A stretch of 64,000 bases of DNA from Candidatus Nomurabacteria bacterium (lineage in GTDB: Bacteria > Patescibacteriota > Minisyncoccia > Phycocordibacterales > UBA9973), in the NCBI GenBank assembly GCA_003155695.1, contig PMDZ01000008.1:39362-103361 (forward strand), given 5' to 3'. The notes below the pieces were generated by a model that was given only the letters and a program-made list of their open reading frames with translations, had not been told where the DNA came from and made no database searches. The translations under genes were made by a program, and so were the position numbers. Positions 50,366 to 60,796 of this stretch are shown here, one piece after another (the stretch's first letter is position 1; the number at the start of each line of letters is the position of its first letter).

Positions 50366-52753
50366 ATGAAAAATTATACAAAACCGGTGTTTGTGAAAGT
50401 AGGAATGTTTATTGTTGTTATGTCACTTTTTATTGGTTCATCAGCTGTATCGGCTGCTGTCAATGTCGTTCCGAATGCTAATCTTGAGACCCAATCAAGT
50501 GGTAACCAAAATATTCCTGACCAATGGGAAAAGGGAACCAGCGACTTAGGTGACGTTGTTACTTACACATACCCAGTAACTAGTGCTCCAGTATCCGATA
50601 TTTCAAGTGGTAATGCCGCAAAAATTGAAGCTACTTCTTTTACTTCAGATAAGGGCGCAAAATGGTATTTCACTCCGGTTCCTGTAACTCCTGGTGAGCG
50701 ATATTCTTTCAGCGATTCATATATTGCTACATCCAATACTGATTTAGTTGGAGTTTTCTGTACAGATATTTATCAAAATAATTGTACTTATGATACAACT
50801 CATTCTGTATCTGCAACACCAACTGATACATGGGAACAAGCAACCGCTTCTTTTACGGTACCGATAGGTAAAACATATATGACGGTGTTTCATCGTATTC
50901 AAGTAGCTGGTTCACTAACTATTGATAATTATAATTTAACACTCATACCTCCACCATCTCCATTTGCATCCGGATTCGTAACACTTACTTTTGATGACGG
51001 ACTATTGTCACAATTTAATAATGCTCTATCTGTACTAAATGCCGGAAATGCAAAAGCAACTTTCTTCATTCCAACCCATTTTATTTCTGGTTTTTCTATT
51101 GTTAATCCTTCGTTTGAAAATGCGCCTGGAGGTAATCCAATTGATTGGACTCAATCGGGGGGAACATCTTCTTCAACATTTACTCTTTCTTCTGATTCTC
51201 ATAATGGTGGTGCTTGGGCAGGACAAGTCAGTGATACTGTGACTACTTTAAGTAATGCTGCTTGGTCTTTCACTCCGGTAACTGTTATTCCTGATACTAT
51301 TTATTCTTTTAAAGAATATTATAAGAGTACAGCAAATTCAGAACTCGTTGCGAAAGTAACTTTAGACGATAACTCTACTACAATAACTGCTGACGTTGTG
51401 GATAGTGGTGGCGCAACTTTAGGTATTAGCGTACCGCTTCCTGCATCTGCTGATTACACTCAAACTCAAGCATATTTCTATATGCCTACTAATGCTAAAT
51501 CAGTCACAATATTAAATAAATTAACTAGCGCTGGAACTCTTACTATCGACGATGTGTCACTTGGCAGAGAAGGATATATGACGAGTGACCAAGTGCTATC
51601 ACTTCAATCAGCAGGAAATGAAATCGGTGGCCATACACAAACACACCCAGACCTCACAACAGTTACACCAACAGATCTGACAAATGAAATTAGTGGTGGT
51701 CGCCAGGACCTTATTAGTAATGGCATAACTGCTCCAGTATCGTTTGCGTATCCATTTGGCGCATACAATACAACAATTCAAGACGCTCTCACAAGTGCAG
51801 GTTACACATCTGGTCGTACCGTTTTGCCATCTGGATTTAATGATTTATCTACTCCAAAACTGTCTCTCTTCTCTCAATCAATAGATGCAAATACTACACT
51901 AGATCAAGTAGCTAACTGGATTGCTGAAGCCAAAGCAAATAAGAGCTGGTTGATTTTAACATTCCATGATATACAAAATGATATTACAGGAACTCCATAT
52001 GGAACGACACCACAAATCCTTGCTGGAATTATTTCAGACGTAACATCAGAAGGTCTTCCTATAAAAACTGTTAGCGAGGGAGTTGAATTAATGGGTAATG
52101 TAACTCCACCAACTGACCCAGTTTGTACGCTTCCTCAAGTATTAGAGAATCATGTATGTGTTACTCCAGTAGTTACTGACCCAGTTTGTACACTTCCTCA
52201 AGTATTAGAGAATCATGTATGTATCACGCCGACAAGATGCGCATACAATTCGGACCTGTTAGCAAGCGACCCACTCTGTGTTGCTCCGGCAATGTGTCAA
52301 TACAATTCTAACTTGTTAGCGAGCGATAAAGATTGTGTAGCTCCGAAAACACCAACGCATCATATATCGTCAGGTTCTATTCCGATGTCTACCCAAGGTA
52401 GTGTTCTCGGCGCCAAGACTTCTTGTGGAATTTATATAGATAAGTTTTTAGGAATGGGACTTAAGGATAATGATGTGGAAGCTGTTGAAAAAATTCAAAC
52501 TTTCTTAAATGACAATATGTCTGCAGGACTTGTTGTTGATGGATTTTTTGGTGCTATGACCAATGATGCACTTAAAGCCTTCCAGCTTGCGCATGCAGAC
52601 AAAGTCTTGGAACCTTGGGGTCTGACTGCTCCAACCGGCATATTCTACTTAACCACTCAAACGGCAGTGAATAATATAATGTGTCCGGCCTTAGATTTGC
52701 CAATCCCAGTACTCACTCCGATAGCTCTAAATCCATTGTTTCCCAAAAAATAG
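50366..52753 (+). CDS. Secreted polysaccharide deacetylase (CE4/NodB) with CBM-like domains and GSVLGA/PG-binding tail
   Basis: TFDDG, HTQTH, FAYPFG, LTFH motifs; N..FE CBM-like starts; shared C-terminal module. Confidence 0.88.
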   Translation: MKNYTKPVFVKVGMFIVVMSLFIGSSAVSAAVNVVPNANLETQSSGNQNIPDQWEKGTSDLGDVVTYTYPVTSAPVSDISSGNAAKIEATSFTSDKGAKWYFTPVPVTPGERYSFSDSYIATSNTDLVGVFCTDIYQNNCTYDTTHSVSATPTDTWEQATASFTVPIGKTYMTVFHRIQVAGSLTIDNYNLTLIPPPSPFASGFVTLTFDDGLLSQFNNALSVLNAGNAKATFFIPTHFISGFSIVNPSFENAPGGNPIDWTQSGGTSSSTFTLSSDSHNGGAWAGQVSDTVTTLSNAAWSFTPVTVIPDTIYSFKEYYKSTANSELVAKVTLDDNSTTITADVVDSGGATLGISVPLPASADYTQTQAYFYMPTNAKSVTILNKLTSAGTLTIDDVSLGREGYMTSDQVLSLQSAGNEIGGHTQTHPDLTTVTPTDLTNEISGGRQDLISNGITAPVSFAYPFGAYNTTIQDALTSAGYTSGRTVLPSGFNDLSTPKLSLFSQSIDANTTLDQVANWIAEAKANKSWLILTFHDIQNDITGTPYGTTPQILAGIISDVTSEGLPIKTVSEGVELMGNVTPPTDPVCTLPQVLENHVCVTPVVTDPVCTLPQVLENHVCITPTRCAYNSDLLASDPLCVAPAMCQYNSNLLASDKDCVAPKTPTHHISSGSIPMSTQGSVLGAKTSCGIYIDKFLGMGLKDNDVEAVEKIQTFLNDNMSAGLVVDGFFGAMTNDALKAFQLAHADKVLEPWGLTAPTGIFYLTTQTAVNNIMCPALDLPIPVLTPIALNPLFPKK
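52112..52222 (+). repeat. 63-bp-period tandem duplication (TDPVCTLPQVLENHVC x2)
   Basis: Near-identical DNA units start at 52112 and 52175. Confidence 0.85.
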
Positions 52754-52802
52754 TATTAATTAATTTCAGTAATAAAAATACAGTTGTAATATATTATAAA
52801 AC

Positions 52803-55133
52803 ATGAAAAATCATATGAAATTGATTCCAATAAAACTAGGAATGTTGGTTGCTTTAATGGCGTTTTTGGTCGGCCCATCAAAAATATTCGCTTTAAGTTC
52901 CAGCAACCTTGTTCCAAACCCTCTTCTTGAAACTCCGTCGTCGGGTGATCCAAATATTCCCGACCAATGGGCAAAGGGGTATATTGACGCTAGCGATGTT
53001 GTTACTTACACATATCCAGTAACTAGTGCTCCCACATCCGATATATCTAGTGGTAATGCCGCAAAGATTGTCGCCACTACCGTTGTCTCCGGTACCGATG
53101 CCAAATGGTATTTTACTCCGGTTCCCGTAACTCCAGGCCAGCGATATGTTTTCAGTGATTCATATATATCCACAGTTGGTACGGATTTGGTTGCGTCATT
53201 CTGTACCGATATATTTCAAAATGGTTGCAGCTATGATACTTCTCAATCCATACCGGCAACACCAACCGATGTGTGGAAACAATCTTCGGCTTCATTTACG
53301 GTACCGATAGGCAAAACATATATGACGGTATTTCACCGCATACAAACAGCTGGTTCACTAACTATTGATAATTCTAGTTTGATACTCGTTCCACCACCAT
53401 CTCCATTTTCATTTGGATTTGTAACACTTACCTTTGATGACGGACTATTATCACAATTTACCAATGCCTTACCTGTCTTAGTTGCCGGAAGCGCAAAAGG
53501 AACTTTCTTTATTCCGACTCACTTTATTTCCGGTTTTTCTATTATTAATCCATCGTTTGAAAATGCAAATGGTATTAATCCAACCAACTGGTCTCATTCC
53601 GGTTCTTTAACTGCGACATACACATATTCTTCGGACGCCCATAACGGCACAAAGAGCGGACAAGTTGCTTCAACAACAGCTCTTAGTAATGCAGCCTGGT
53701 CTTTCGCACCGGTAACTATTATTCCCGATACTATTTATTCTTTCCAGGAATACTACAAGAGTACGGCAAGTTCGGAACTTGTTGCGAAAATGACTTTGAA
53801 TGACGGTACAACAATAAATGCCGATGTTGTGGATAGTGTGGGCAATACATTAGATAATAAAGTAACACTGCCTGCTGCCTCAAGCTATACTTCAACTCAA
53901 GCATATTTTTATATGCCACTTAACGCAAAATCAGTGACAATATTAAATCAGTTGACCGGTATCGGTACTTTAACTATTGACGATGTAACTCTGGGCAGAG
54001 AAGGGTATATGACCAGTAATCAAGTATCAACACTTCAAACCAAAGGAAATGAAATTGGCGGTCATACACAAACTCATCCAGATCTTACAACACTTACAAG
54101 TACCGATATGACGAATGAAATAAATGGTGGACGCCAGGATCTTCAGAGCAATGGTATAACTCCGGTTCTTTCATTCGCATATCCATTCGGTGCATATAAT
54201 ACAGCTATTCAGCAAGCACTCACAAATGCAGGTTATTCATCTGGTCGTACCGTTTTGCCATCCGGATTTAATGATTTATCTACTCCAAAATTATCCCTTT
54301 TCTCTCAAACAATAGATGCCAATACAACACTCGGTCAAGCGGAAAATTGGGTTGCTGAGGCAAAAGCAAACAAGAGTTGGTTGATTTTGACTTTCCATGA
54401 TATACAGAGCGACCTCACCAATCTTCCGTATGGAACAACACCAAAAAATCTTACGGATATTATTTCCTATATAAATACCGAGGGTATGCCGATAAAGACT
54501 ATCAGTGAGGGTGTTGCGTTGATGGGGGGGACACCGACTCCAACAGATGTCTGCCCGAACGTAACTGGTATGCAAACAACAGGTCCTTGCGCCGATACAC
54601 TCTGTGTGGCACCAAAAACCTGGAGTATATTAACTCAAACTTGTGTTGCTCCAGCTCCAGTTGATGTCTGCCCGAACGTAACCGGAGTTCAAACAACAGG
54701 TCCTTGCGCTGACACTCTTTGTGTGGCACCAAAAACTTGGAATATGACAACTCAAACTTGTGTTGCTCCAGCTCCAGTTGATGTCTGTCCGAATGTAACA
54801 GGAGTTCAAACAAAAAGTCCTTGCGCTGACACTCTTTGTGTATCACCAAAAACTTGGAATATAACAACTCAAACTTGTGTTGCTCCGGTTGATGTCTGTC
54901 CGAATGTAAGAGGAATACAGACAAAAGGTCCTTGCGCTGACACTCTTTGTGTGGCACCAAAAACTTGGAGAATATTAACTCAAACTTGTATTGCACCGGC
55001 TTCGGCGGATATTTGTCCCAAGGTAAAAGGAGTTCAAACAACAGGTCCTTGTGCCGATACTCTTTGTGTGGCACCAAAAACTTGGAGTATATTAACTCAA
55101 ACCTGTATCAAGTGGATATTTAGCTCAAAGTAA
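52803..55133 (+). CDS. Paralogous secreted polysaccharide deacetylase with Cys-rich tandem-repeat tail
   Basis: Highly similar to the upstream gene through the NodB domain, then five DVCPNV...CADTLC...TQTC repeats. Confidence 0.88.
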   Translation: MKNHMKLIPIKLGMLVALMAFLVGPSKIFALSSSNLVPNPLLETPSSGDPNIPDQWAKGYIDASDVVTYTYPVTSAPTSDISSGNAAKIVATTVVSGTDAKWYFTPVPVTPGQRYVFSDSYISTVGTDLVASFCTDIFQNGCSYDTSQSIPATPTDVWKQSSASFTVPIGKTYMTVFHRIQTAGSLTIDNSSLILVPPPSPFSFGFVTLTFDDGLLSQFTNALPVLVAGSAKGTFFIPTHFISGFSIINPSFENANGINPTNWSHSGSLTATYTYSSDAHNGTKSGQVASTTALSNAAWSFAPVTIIPDTIYSFQEYYKSTASSELVAKMTLNDGTTINADVVDSVGNTLDNKVTLPAASSYTSTQAYFYMPLNAKSVTILNQLTGIGTLTIDDVTLGREGYMTSNQVSTLQTKGNEIGGHTQTHPDLTTLTSTDMTNEINGGRQDLQSNGITPVLSFAYPFGAYNTAIQQALTNAGYSSGRTVLPSGFNDLSTPKLSLFSQTIDANTTLGQAENWVAEAKANKSWLILTFHDIQSDLTNLPYGTTPKNLTDIISYINTEGMPIKTISEGVALMGGTPTPTDVCPNVTGMQTTGPCADTLCVAPKTWSILTQTCVAPAPVDVCPNVTGVQTTGPCADTLCVAPKTWNMTTQTCVAPAPVDVCPNVTGVQTKSPCADTLCVSPKTWNITTQTCVAPVDVCPNVRGIQTKGPCADTLCVAPKTWRILTQTCIAPASADICPKVKGVQTTGPCADTLCVAPKTWSILTQTCIKWIFSSK

Positions 55134-55157
55134 GAGGAATACAAACAACAGGTCCTT
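54546..55157 (+). repeat. Tandem array of ~111-117-bp units (5 full units plus a post-stop remnant)
   Basis: gatgtctg.ccgaa..gtaac...ttgtgttgc units; remnant gtaagaggaatacaaacaacaggtcctt overlaps and follows the stop. Confidence 0.9.
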
Positions 55158-55217
55158 CATGTGTTTTTTTCTTTGCCTGTTGGGTAATTATAATTTTTGT
55201 TATATAATATATCGAGC

Positions 55218-56447
55218 ATGGCAGATAAAAAAATAACAGATATAAAAGCGGAACAAATACTAGATTCAAGGAAAAATCCGACTCTCAAAGTATCGGTTTA
55301 CGTTGGCGATATAATTGGAAGCTTTGAAGTTCCATCTGGCGCCAGTACCGGTAAATATGAAGCTTGCGAACTTCGTGATGGAGAAGGCGGGAAAAGTGGT
55401 GTTTTAAATGCAATTAATAAAATAAACACCATAATAAAACCTATTTTACTTGGAATAGAAGTAGACCAACAGAAGCAAATTGACGAGATAATGATAAAAC
55501 TCGACGGCACATCTCAAAAAACAAATTTGGGTGGCAACAGTATGATTGGCGTAAGTATTGCTTGTGCGAAGACTGCCGCTAAAGTCTCGGGAATGGAAGT
55601 TTATGAATATTTAAAGACTCTTGCTTCAATAACTTCATCTCGTAAAGAACCATTTTTATATTTTAACCTTATAAACGGGGGCAAACATGCCGCCACACGA
55701 TTGGCTTTTCAAGAATTCCATATTGTCCCCCAAACAGGAACATCAAGTGAAAGTGTCAGAATCAGTCAAGACATTCAAAAAAAATTAGATGAAATTATTC
55801 TAAAAGAGCTCGGTGGACCAATAAAAAAAGGAGACGAAGGAGGAGTAGCACTCGATGTGGAAGATATATTTGTGCCGCTTAAACTTTTACAAAAAGCCGT
55901 CACTGAGCTTGTATATACGGATAAAATAAAATATGCCCTAGACGTTGCGGCTAGTTCTTTCTATGACCACGATGCCGGTATCTACAAATTCATGAAAAAA
56001 GATTGGACAAAAGACGATATGATAAATCTTTACGAAAAAATTTGTCACGATTTCCCGATGATTTCCATAGAAGACCCATTTGATGAGGAAGATTTTGAAA
56101 GTTTTTCTAAATTGCAGGAAAAAATAAGCGATATAAAATTAATTGGCGATGATTTGACTGTGACCAATACAGTAAGGCTCCAAAAAGCCATAAATGAAAA
56201 AAGTATAAAAGGAATAATAATTAAACCAAATCAAATCGGAACTTTGACCGAGACACTCGAAACGATGAAGCTTGCCCGAAATAATAATATTGATTGTATT
56301 ATCAGCCACCGAAGCGGAGAAACAATGGATGATTTCATTGCTGACCTTGCCTGTGCCTTTGGTTGTTTCGGTATTAAAGCCGGAGCATTGGGACCACAAG
56401 AGCGAAACGTGAAATATGAGAGAATTATTAAAATAACAGAAAAATAA
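55218..56447 (+). CDS. eno: Enolase
   Basis: PSGASTG, GDEGG, GDDL, KPNQIG, SHRSGET motifs. Confidence 0.97.
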   Translation: MADKKITDIKAEQILDSRKNPTLKVSVYVGDIIGSFEVPSGASTGKYEACELRDGEGGKSGVLNAINKINTIIKPILLGIEVDQQKQIDEIMIKLDGTSQKTNLGGNSMIGVSIACAKTAAKVSGMEVYEYLKTLASITSSRKEPFLYFNLINGGKHAATRLAFQEFHIVPQTGTSSESVRISQDIQKKLDEIILKELGGPIKKGDEGGVALDVEDIFVPLKLLQKAVTELVYTDKIKYALDVAASSFYDHDAGIYKFMKKDWTKDDMINLYEKICHDFPMISIEDPFDEEDFESFSKLQEKISDIKLIGDDLTVTNTVRLQKAINEKSIKGIIIKPNQIGTLTETLETMKLARNNNIDCIISHRSGETMDDFIADLACAFGCFGIKAGALGPQERNVKYERIIKITEK

Positions 56448-56448
56448 T

Positions 56449-57237
56449 ATGCCATCAAAAACATATATAATCGCAACAATTGGGCCTTCGTGCGACAAAA
56501 AAGAAGTTATCACCGGCATGATAAAGCATCGTATGGACATGGCCCGTCTCAATTTTTCATGGGGAACCTACGAGTGGCATACTAGTGTCATAAAAAACAT
56601 TCGAGATGTCGCTAAAGAAAATAATCTTTCCATTCCCATTATTCAAGATTTGTCTGGGCCTCGAGTTCAAACCGGTGGTGAACATCATTTTGGCGGAGAC
56701 AAAGAGATAATTACAGAAAAAGATAGAGAGAATTTAATCTTTGGGATAGAACAAGGTTTAGAATATGTTGCATTATCTTTTGTCGGCCAAGCTTCCGATA
56801 TTATTGAATTAAAACAATTAATAAAAGAAAAAGGCGGCAACCAAAAGATTATCGCCAAGATAGAACGCAAGCTTGCTTATGAAAACTTAAGTGAAATTAT
56901 AAAAGAATCGGACGGCATTATGGTTGCTCGCGGAGATTTAGGAAATGAATTTCCTCTTGAAGAAATTCCTTTTGTCCAACATCATATTATAGAGGAATGT
57001 AAAAAAAACGGTAAAATGGTCATTGTTGCGACTCAGATGCTTTTATCAATGGTTCATAGTCCTACACCGACACGCGCCGAAGTTTCGGATGTGGCATATG
57101 CAATATTGGACGGTGCCGATGGAGTTATGCTTTCGGAGGAATCGGCTAAAGGGAATTACCCGGTGGAAGCAGTCGAAATGATGGAAAAGATTGCTTTGGT
57201 CGCCGAGAAACATATTAATAAAGATAAAATAGGATAA
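56449..57237 (+). CDS. pyk: Pyruvate kinase, minimal (A domain only)
   Basis: [38 protein letters not shown] motifs. Confidence 0.92.
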   Translation: MPSKTYIIATIGPSCDKKEVITGMIKHRMDMARLNFSWGTYEWHTSVIKNIRDVAKENNLSIPIIQDLSGPRVQTGGEHHFGGDKEIITEKDRENLIFGIEQGLEYVALSFVGQASDIIELKQLIKEKGGNQKIIAKIERKLAYENLSEIIKESDGIMVARGDLGNEFPLEEIPFVQHHIIEECKKNGKMVIVATQMLLSMVHSPTPTRAEVSDVAYAILDGADGVMLSEESAKGNYPVEAVEMMEKIALVAEKHINKDKIG

Positions 57238-57243
57238 AATATA

Positions 57244-58212
57244 ATGTCAAAACAAATTTATATTACAAGAAACATTCCGGAGACAGGTCTAAAATTATTA
57301 AGAGAGAAGGGGATTGCTTTTGATATCGGTAAATCAAAACTCTCTCCTACAAAAAAGGAAATTATCAAAGCTCTAAAGAAAAAGCCTTATGATGGTGTCA
57401 TTTCTTTTTTGACGGATAAGATTGATAAAGAAGTTTTTGAAGCTTGCCCGACAGCCAAAGTGTATGCCAACTTTTCTGTCGGTTTTGATAATGTGGATAT
57501 TGATGAAGCCAAAAAAAGAAATATCTGTGTTTCAAATACGCCAGGCACAGCTTCTAATGCCGTAGCTGAGTTTACCATCTCTCTTATCCTTACATTGACT
57601 ACTAGAATTGATGAAGGAGATAGATTTATGCGTAAAGGCAAATATAAGGGCTGGGACCCGAATTTACTTATTGGGACAGATTTGAAAGGTAAAACCGTCG
57701 GATTGATAGGCGTCGGTCAAATAGGAACCGAAGTCGCGAAAATTTTACACTTTGGTTTTGGTTCAAACGTCATATACAGCGATATTGCTCCAAATCCAGT
57801 ACTGGAACAAATCACAGGTCCGACGAGAAAAGAAACTGCCGAAGTCCTTCGTGAAGCCGATATTGTTTCTCTTCATGTACCATTACTCCCAAGTACTCAC
57901 CATCTGATAAACAAAGAAGCTCTTGCGTCTATGAAAAAAAATGCATTTTTGATTAATACTTCAAGAGGCGCTGTGATTGACGAAAAAGCTTTGGTTTATG
58001 CCCTTCGAAATAATGTCATTCGCGCAGCGGCGATTGATGTCTATGAATTTGAACCAAAACTAACCAAAGGTTTGACCAAATTATCTAATATCGTCCTTAC
58101 TCCTCATATCGCCTCGGCTCGCCAATCGGTTCGTGACCTTATGTCCGAAGTCGCTGCCAAAAATATTATTTCCGTTTTAGAAACCGGAAAAGTAATTAAC
58201 AGCGTTTTTTAA
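57244..58212 (+). CDS. D-2-hydroxyacid dehydrogenase (glyoxylate reductase/D-glycerate dehydrogenase-like)
   Basis: G.G.IG, SLHVP, INTSRG, DVYEFEP, TPHIAS motifs. Confidence 0.93.
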   Translation: MSKQIYITRNIPETGLKLLREKGIAFDIGKSKLSPTKKEIIKALKKKPYDGVISFLTDKIDKEVFEACPTAKVYANFSVGFDNVDIDEAKKRNICVSNTPGTASNAVAEFTISLILTLTTRIDEGDRFMRKGKYKGWDPNLLIGTDLKGKTVGLIGVGQIGTEVAKILHFGFGSNVIYSDIAPNPVLEQITGPTRKETAEVLREADIVSLHVPLLPSTHHLINKEALASMKKNAFLINTSRGAVIDEKALVYALRNNVIRAAAIDVYEFEPKLTKGLTKLSNIVLTPHIASARQSVRDLMSEVAAKNIISVLETGKVINSVF

Positions 58213-58298
58213 TAATTGGAAAAAACCCTTACAAAATATACTTATAGTAAGGATTTTTTGTGTTTACTTTAAATCTAAAATGGTTTACAATTATGCAT

Positions 58299-59180
58299 AT
58301 GAAAGTCATAAAATATAGAGTGCCGTTAGCCATTATAATATTATCATTAATGTTTGGTTACGTAGTTTATGCCGAAGATAATGCTGCGACCGCAAGCCAG
58401 CCTCCTGTCGCATGTTCTATGATCGCAAAAGCTTGCCCAGATGGTTCGTTTGTCAGTCGCACGGGTCCAAACTGTGAATTTGCGAAGTGCCCGGGTGTAA
58501 AAGACAATACAGCCGGGGAAAAAGTTAAGAGCAAACTCCAAGATATAAAAAACCGATTGGAATCAAGAAGTGAAGGTCGTCAGGCTCGAATGCAAGTATT
58601 AATTGATACGATGAAAGCAAAACGAGCAGAATTAAAAGCAAATTTCGAAGCTAACAAAGAACAATTCAAATTGAAACTAGACGCAGCAAAAGTTAAATTC
58701 AGAGATAGCCTTTCAAAAATTAAAGACGAAAATAAAAAGCTGTCCGCTGAAAAAATTGTTAATTTAATAAATGAAATAAATGCCAAAACGACAACTAACT
58801 TTTCAGATAAGGTAGATAGAATTGAAAATGTACTTTTGGGTATAGAATCCCGCATTGATAAAGCTGAAAGTCGAGGACTGGATGTGACCGAAGTTAATAC
58901 GGAAGTCACAAAGGCTAAAGACGCCATCGCTTCAGCTAGAGATGCCATATCAACAGAGGCTAGTAAAGTTTATGCAACAGACACTACAGTCTCAGATGAA
59001 GCAAGCCTCAAGGCTGAGATGAAAACGCTTCGTGATACTTTTAAGACAGATATCAAAACCGTCCAAGAAAAAGTTAAGGGAGCACGTGACGCGGTGAAAA
59101 CTGTTGCCGTAACCTTGGCCAAGATTCCTAAAATAGATGACGATACTACAGCGGTCGAAGACAATAATACAAATAACTAA
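58299..59180 (+). CDS. Secreted coiled-coil protein with a small Cys4 module
   Basis: Signal peptide, CSMIAKACPDGSFVSRTGPNCEFAKCP, then a long helical region. Confidence 0.75.
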   Translation: MKVIKYRVPLAIIILSLMFGYVVYAEDNAATASQPPVACSMIAKACPDGSFVSRTGPNCEFAKCPGVKDNTAGEKVKSKLQDIKNRLESRSEGRQARMQVLIDTMKAKRAELKANFEANKEQFKLKLDAAKVKFRDSLSKIKDENKKLSAEKIVNLINEINAKTTTNFSDKVDRIENVLLGIESRIDKAESRGLDVTEVNTEVTKAKDAIASARDAISTEASKVYATDTTVSDEASLKAEMKTLRDTFKTDIKTVQEKVKGARDAVKTVAVTLAKIPKIDDDTTAVEDNNTNN

Positions 59181-59191
59181 TATAATATTTT

Positions 59192-59458
59192 ATGGAAAAT
59201 AAAAAAAAGAATTTAACTATTGTCGTCGTCGCTCTCATAGTCCTAGTAGTAATAATTATTGTTGTTTTGAAAAGTGGCAATCGTAATATTGAAGTCAACC
59301 CTGAACAACAACCTCTAAGTCAAACAGATAACACTCTTAATCAAGCTGCTGCATCCGACACGACAACTGATATAAATAACAACTTAAACAATATAAATGT
59401 GGATGACACTAGCGATGCGGATTTAGGTGAAGTCGATCAGGAACTAAATAAATTTTAA
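59192..59458 (+). CDS. Small membrane-anchored protein
   Basis: N-terminal TM; acidic SD...I...L...D..L tail. Confidence 0.7.
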   Translation: MENKKKNLTIVVVALIVLVVIIIVVLKSGNRNIEVNPEQQPLSQTDNTLNQAAASDTTTDINNNLNNINVDDTSDADLGEVDQELNKF

Positions 59459-59468
59459 TTCTAGAAAC

Positions 59469-59503
59469 AATAAAAATCCCTTCGAATAGAGGGGATTTTT
59501 ATT
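59469..59503 (+). terminator. Intrinsic terminator
   Basis: aataaaaatcccttc...gaggggatttttatt. Confidence 0.8.
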
Positions 59504-59531
59504 TTAAATTTTTTAAAGCTATAATACCCAT

Positions 59532-60692
59532 ATGGAACCATTAGCTTCAAAAATTAGACCTAAAAGCTTGACTGAATTCGTTGGCCAAGAACATCTTGTC
59601 GGTCCAAATAAACCCCTTTCTATTGCAATAGCACAAAAGCATATATTTTCTTTTATTCTCTGGGGACCGCCTGGAGTAGGCAAGACTACCTTAGCCAAAA
59701 TCTATGCCAAAGCACTGAACGCCGATTATCACGAGCTCTCTGCCGTCTCGGCCGGAAAAGACGACATCAGGCAAATTGTCGACTCATCACCGAAAGGCAG
59801 TGGCACACTTTTGGGCCCAAAAATTCTTTTTCTTGACGAGATACATCGCTTTAATAAAGCTCAACAAGATTTTTTATTGCCTTATGTAGAGACGGGTAAA
59901 CTTGTCCTTATCGGCGCCACAACCGAAAATCCGAGTTTTGAAGTTATACCCGCGCTTCTTTCTCGTTGTCGAATTTTCGTCTTGGAAGAATTATCGGATG
60001 ATGCGATGAAAAAAATTATCAAACGAACCGGCCACAAGATAAATAAAGAAGCAACCGATTGGCTTGTCGGAATGGCGAAAGGGGATGCCAGACAAGCGAT
60101 AGCTATGATAGAAAATACTCTTTCTCTTTACAAAGAAATAAATGTTGAGAATTTCAAAAATACTCTTCAATCAAAATTCCTCCGTTATGATAAGAAAGGG
60201 GAAGAGCATTACAATACCATCAGCGCTTTTATAAAAAGTATGCGGGCAAGTCAACCGGACGCCGCACTTTATTATATGTGCCGAATGTTGGAAGCCGGAG
60301 AAGACCCGAAGTTCATAGCCAGGAGAATGGTTATATTTGCTTCGGAAGATATTGGATTGGCCTTGCCAACAGCCCTTGTCGTCGCCAATGCCGTCTTTCG
60401 GGCAGTAGAAGTTATAGGCATGCCTGAATGCGCCGAAAACCTGGCTCACGGCGTCGTTTACCTGGCTCAGGCCCCAAAGGACCGTCGGGCCTATAATGCC
60501 TATCTGCTGGCCAAAGCCGATGTTATAAAGCACGGAAACTTACCGATACCACTTGTTATACGAAATGCACCAACAAAGCTGATGGAAGACTTGGGTTATG
60601 GTGAAGGATACGAAAAATACACAAAAGAAAGTTTACTGCCCGAGAAATTAAAAAATAAAAAATATTTGCGTAAAAAAATTCAGCCGAAATAG
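59532..60692 (+). CDS. rarA: Replication-associated recombination protein A (MgsA/RarA)
   Basis: [30 protein letters not shown] motifs. Confidence 0.96.
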   Translation: MEPLASKIRPKSLTEFVGQEHLVGPNKPLSIAIAQKHIFSFILWGPPGVGKTTLAKIYAKALNADYHELSAVSAGKDDIRQIVDSSPKGSGTLLGPKILFLDEIHRFNKAQQDFLLPYVETGKLVLIGATTENPSFEVIPALLSRCRIFVLEELSDDAMKKIIKRTGHKINKEATDWLVGMAKGDARQAIAMIENTLSLYKEINVENFKNTLQSKFLRYDKKGEEHYNTISAFIKSMRASQPDAALYYMCRMLEAGEDPKFIARRMVIFASEDIGLALPTALVVANAVFRAVEVIGMPECAENLAHGVVYLAQAPKDRRAYNAYLLAKADVIKHGNLPIPLVIRNAPTKLMEDLGYGEGYEKYTKESLLPEKLKNKKYLRKKIQPK

Positions 60693-60710
60693 GGAAGTGG
60701 ACAAAAGAAA

Positions 60711-60740
60711 AGGCCGCATGTTTTGAGTGCGGCCTGTTTT
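60711..60740. terminator. Terminator between convergent genes
   Basis: aggccgca...tgcggcct-gtttt. Confidence 0.65.
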
Positions 60741-60796
60741 ATTAAGCAGTAATGAGATTCTCTCACCTGCTTTAAAGATCAAATTTAGAAAAAACT

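Noticed and set aside
54546-55110. Regular repeat array as a CRISPR array
   Set aside because: The units are in-frame coding repeats with no unique spacers, and no cas genes are present.
50366-55133. Paralogous repeats as a diversity-generating retroelement TR/VR pair
   Set aside because: Differences look synonymous and not adenine-specific, and no reverse transcriptase is present.
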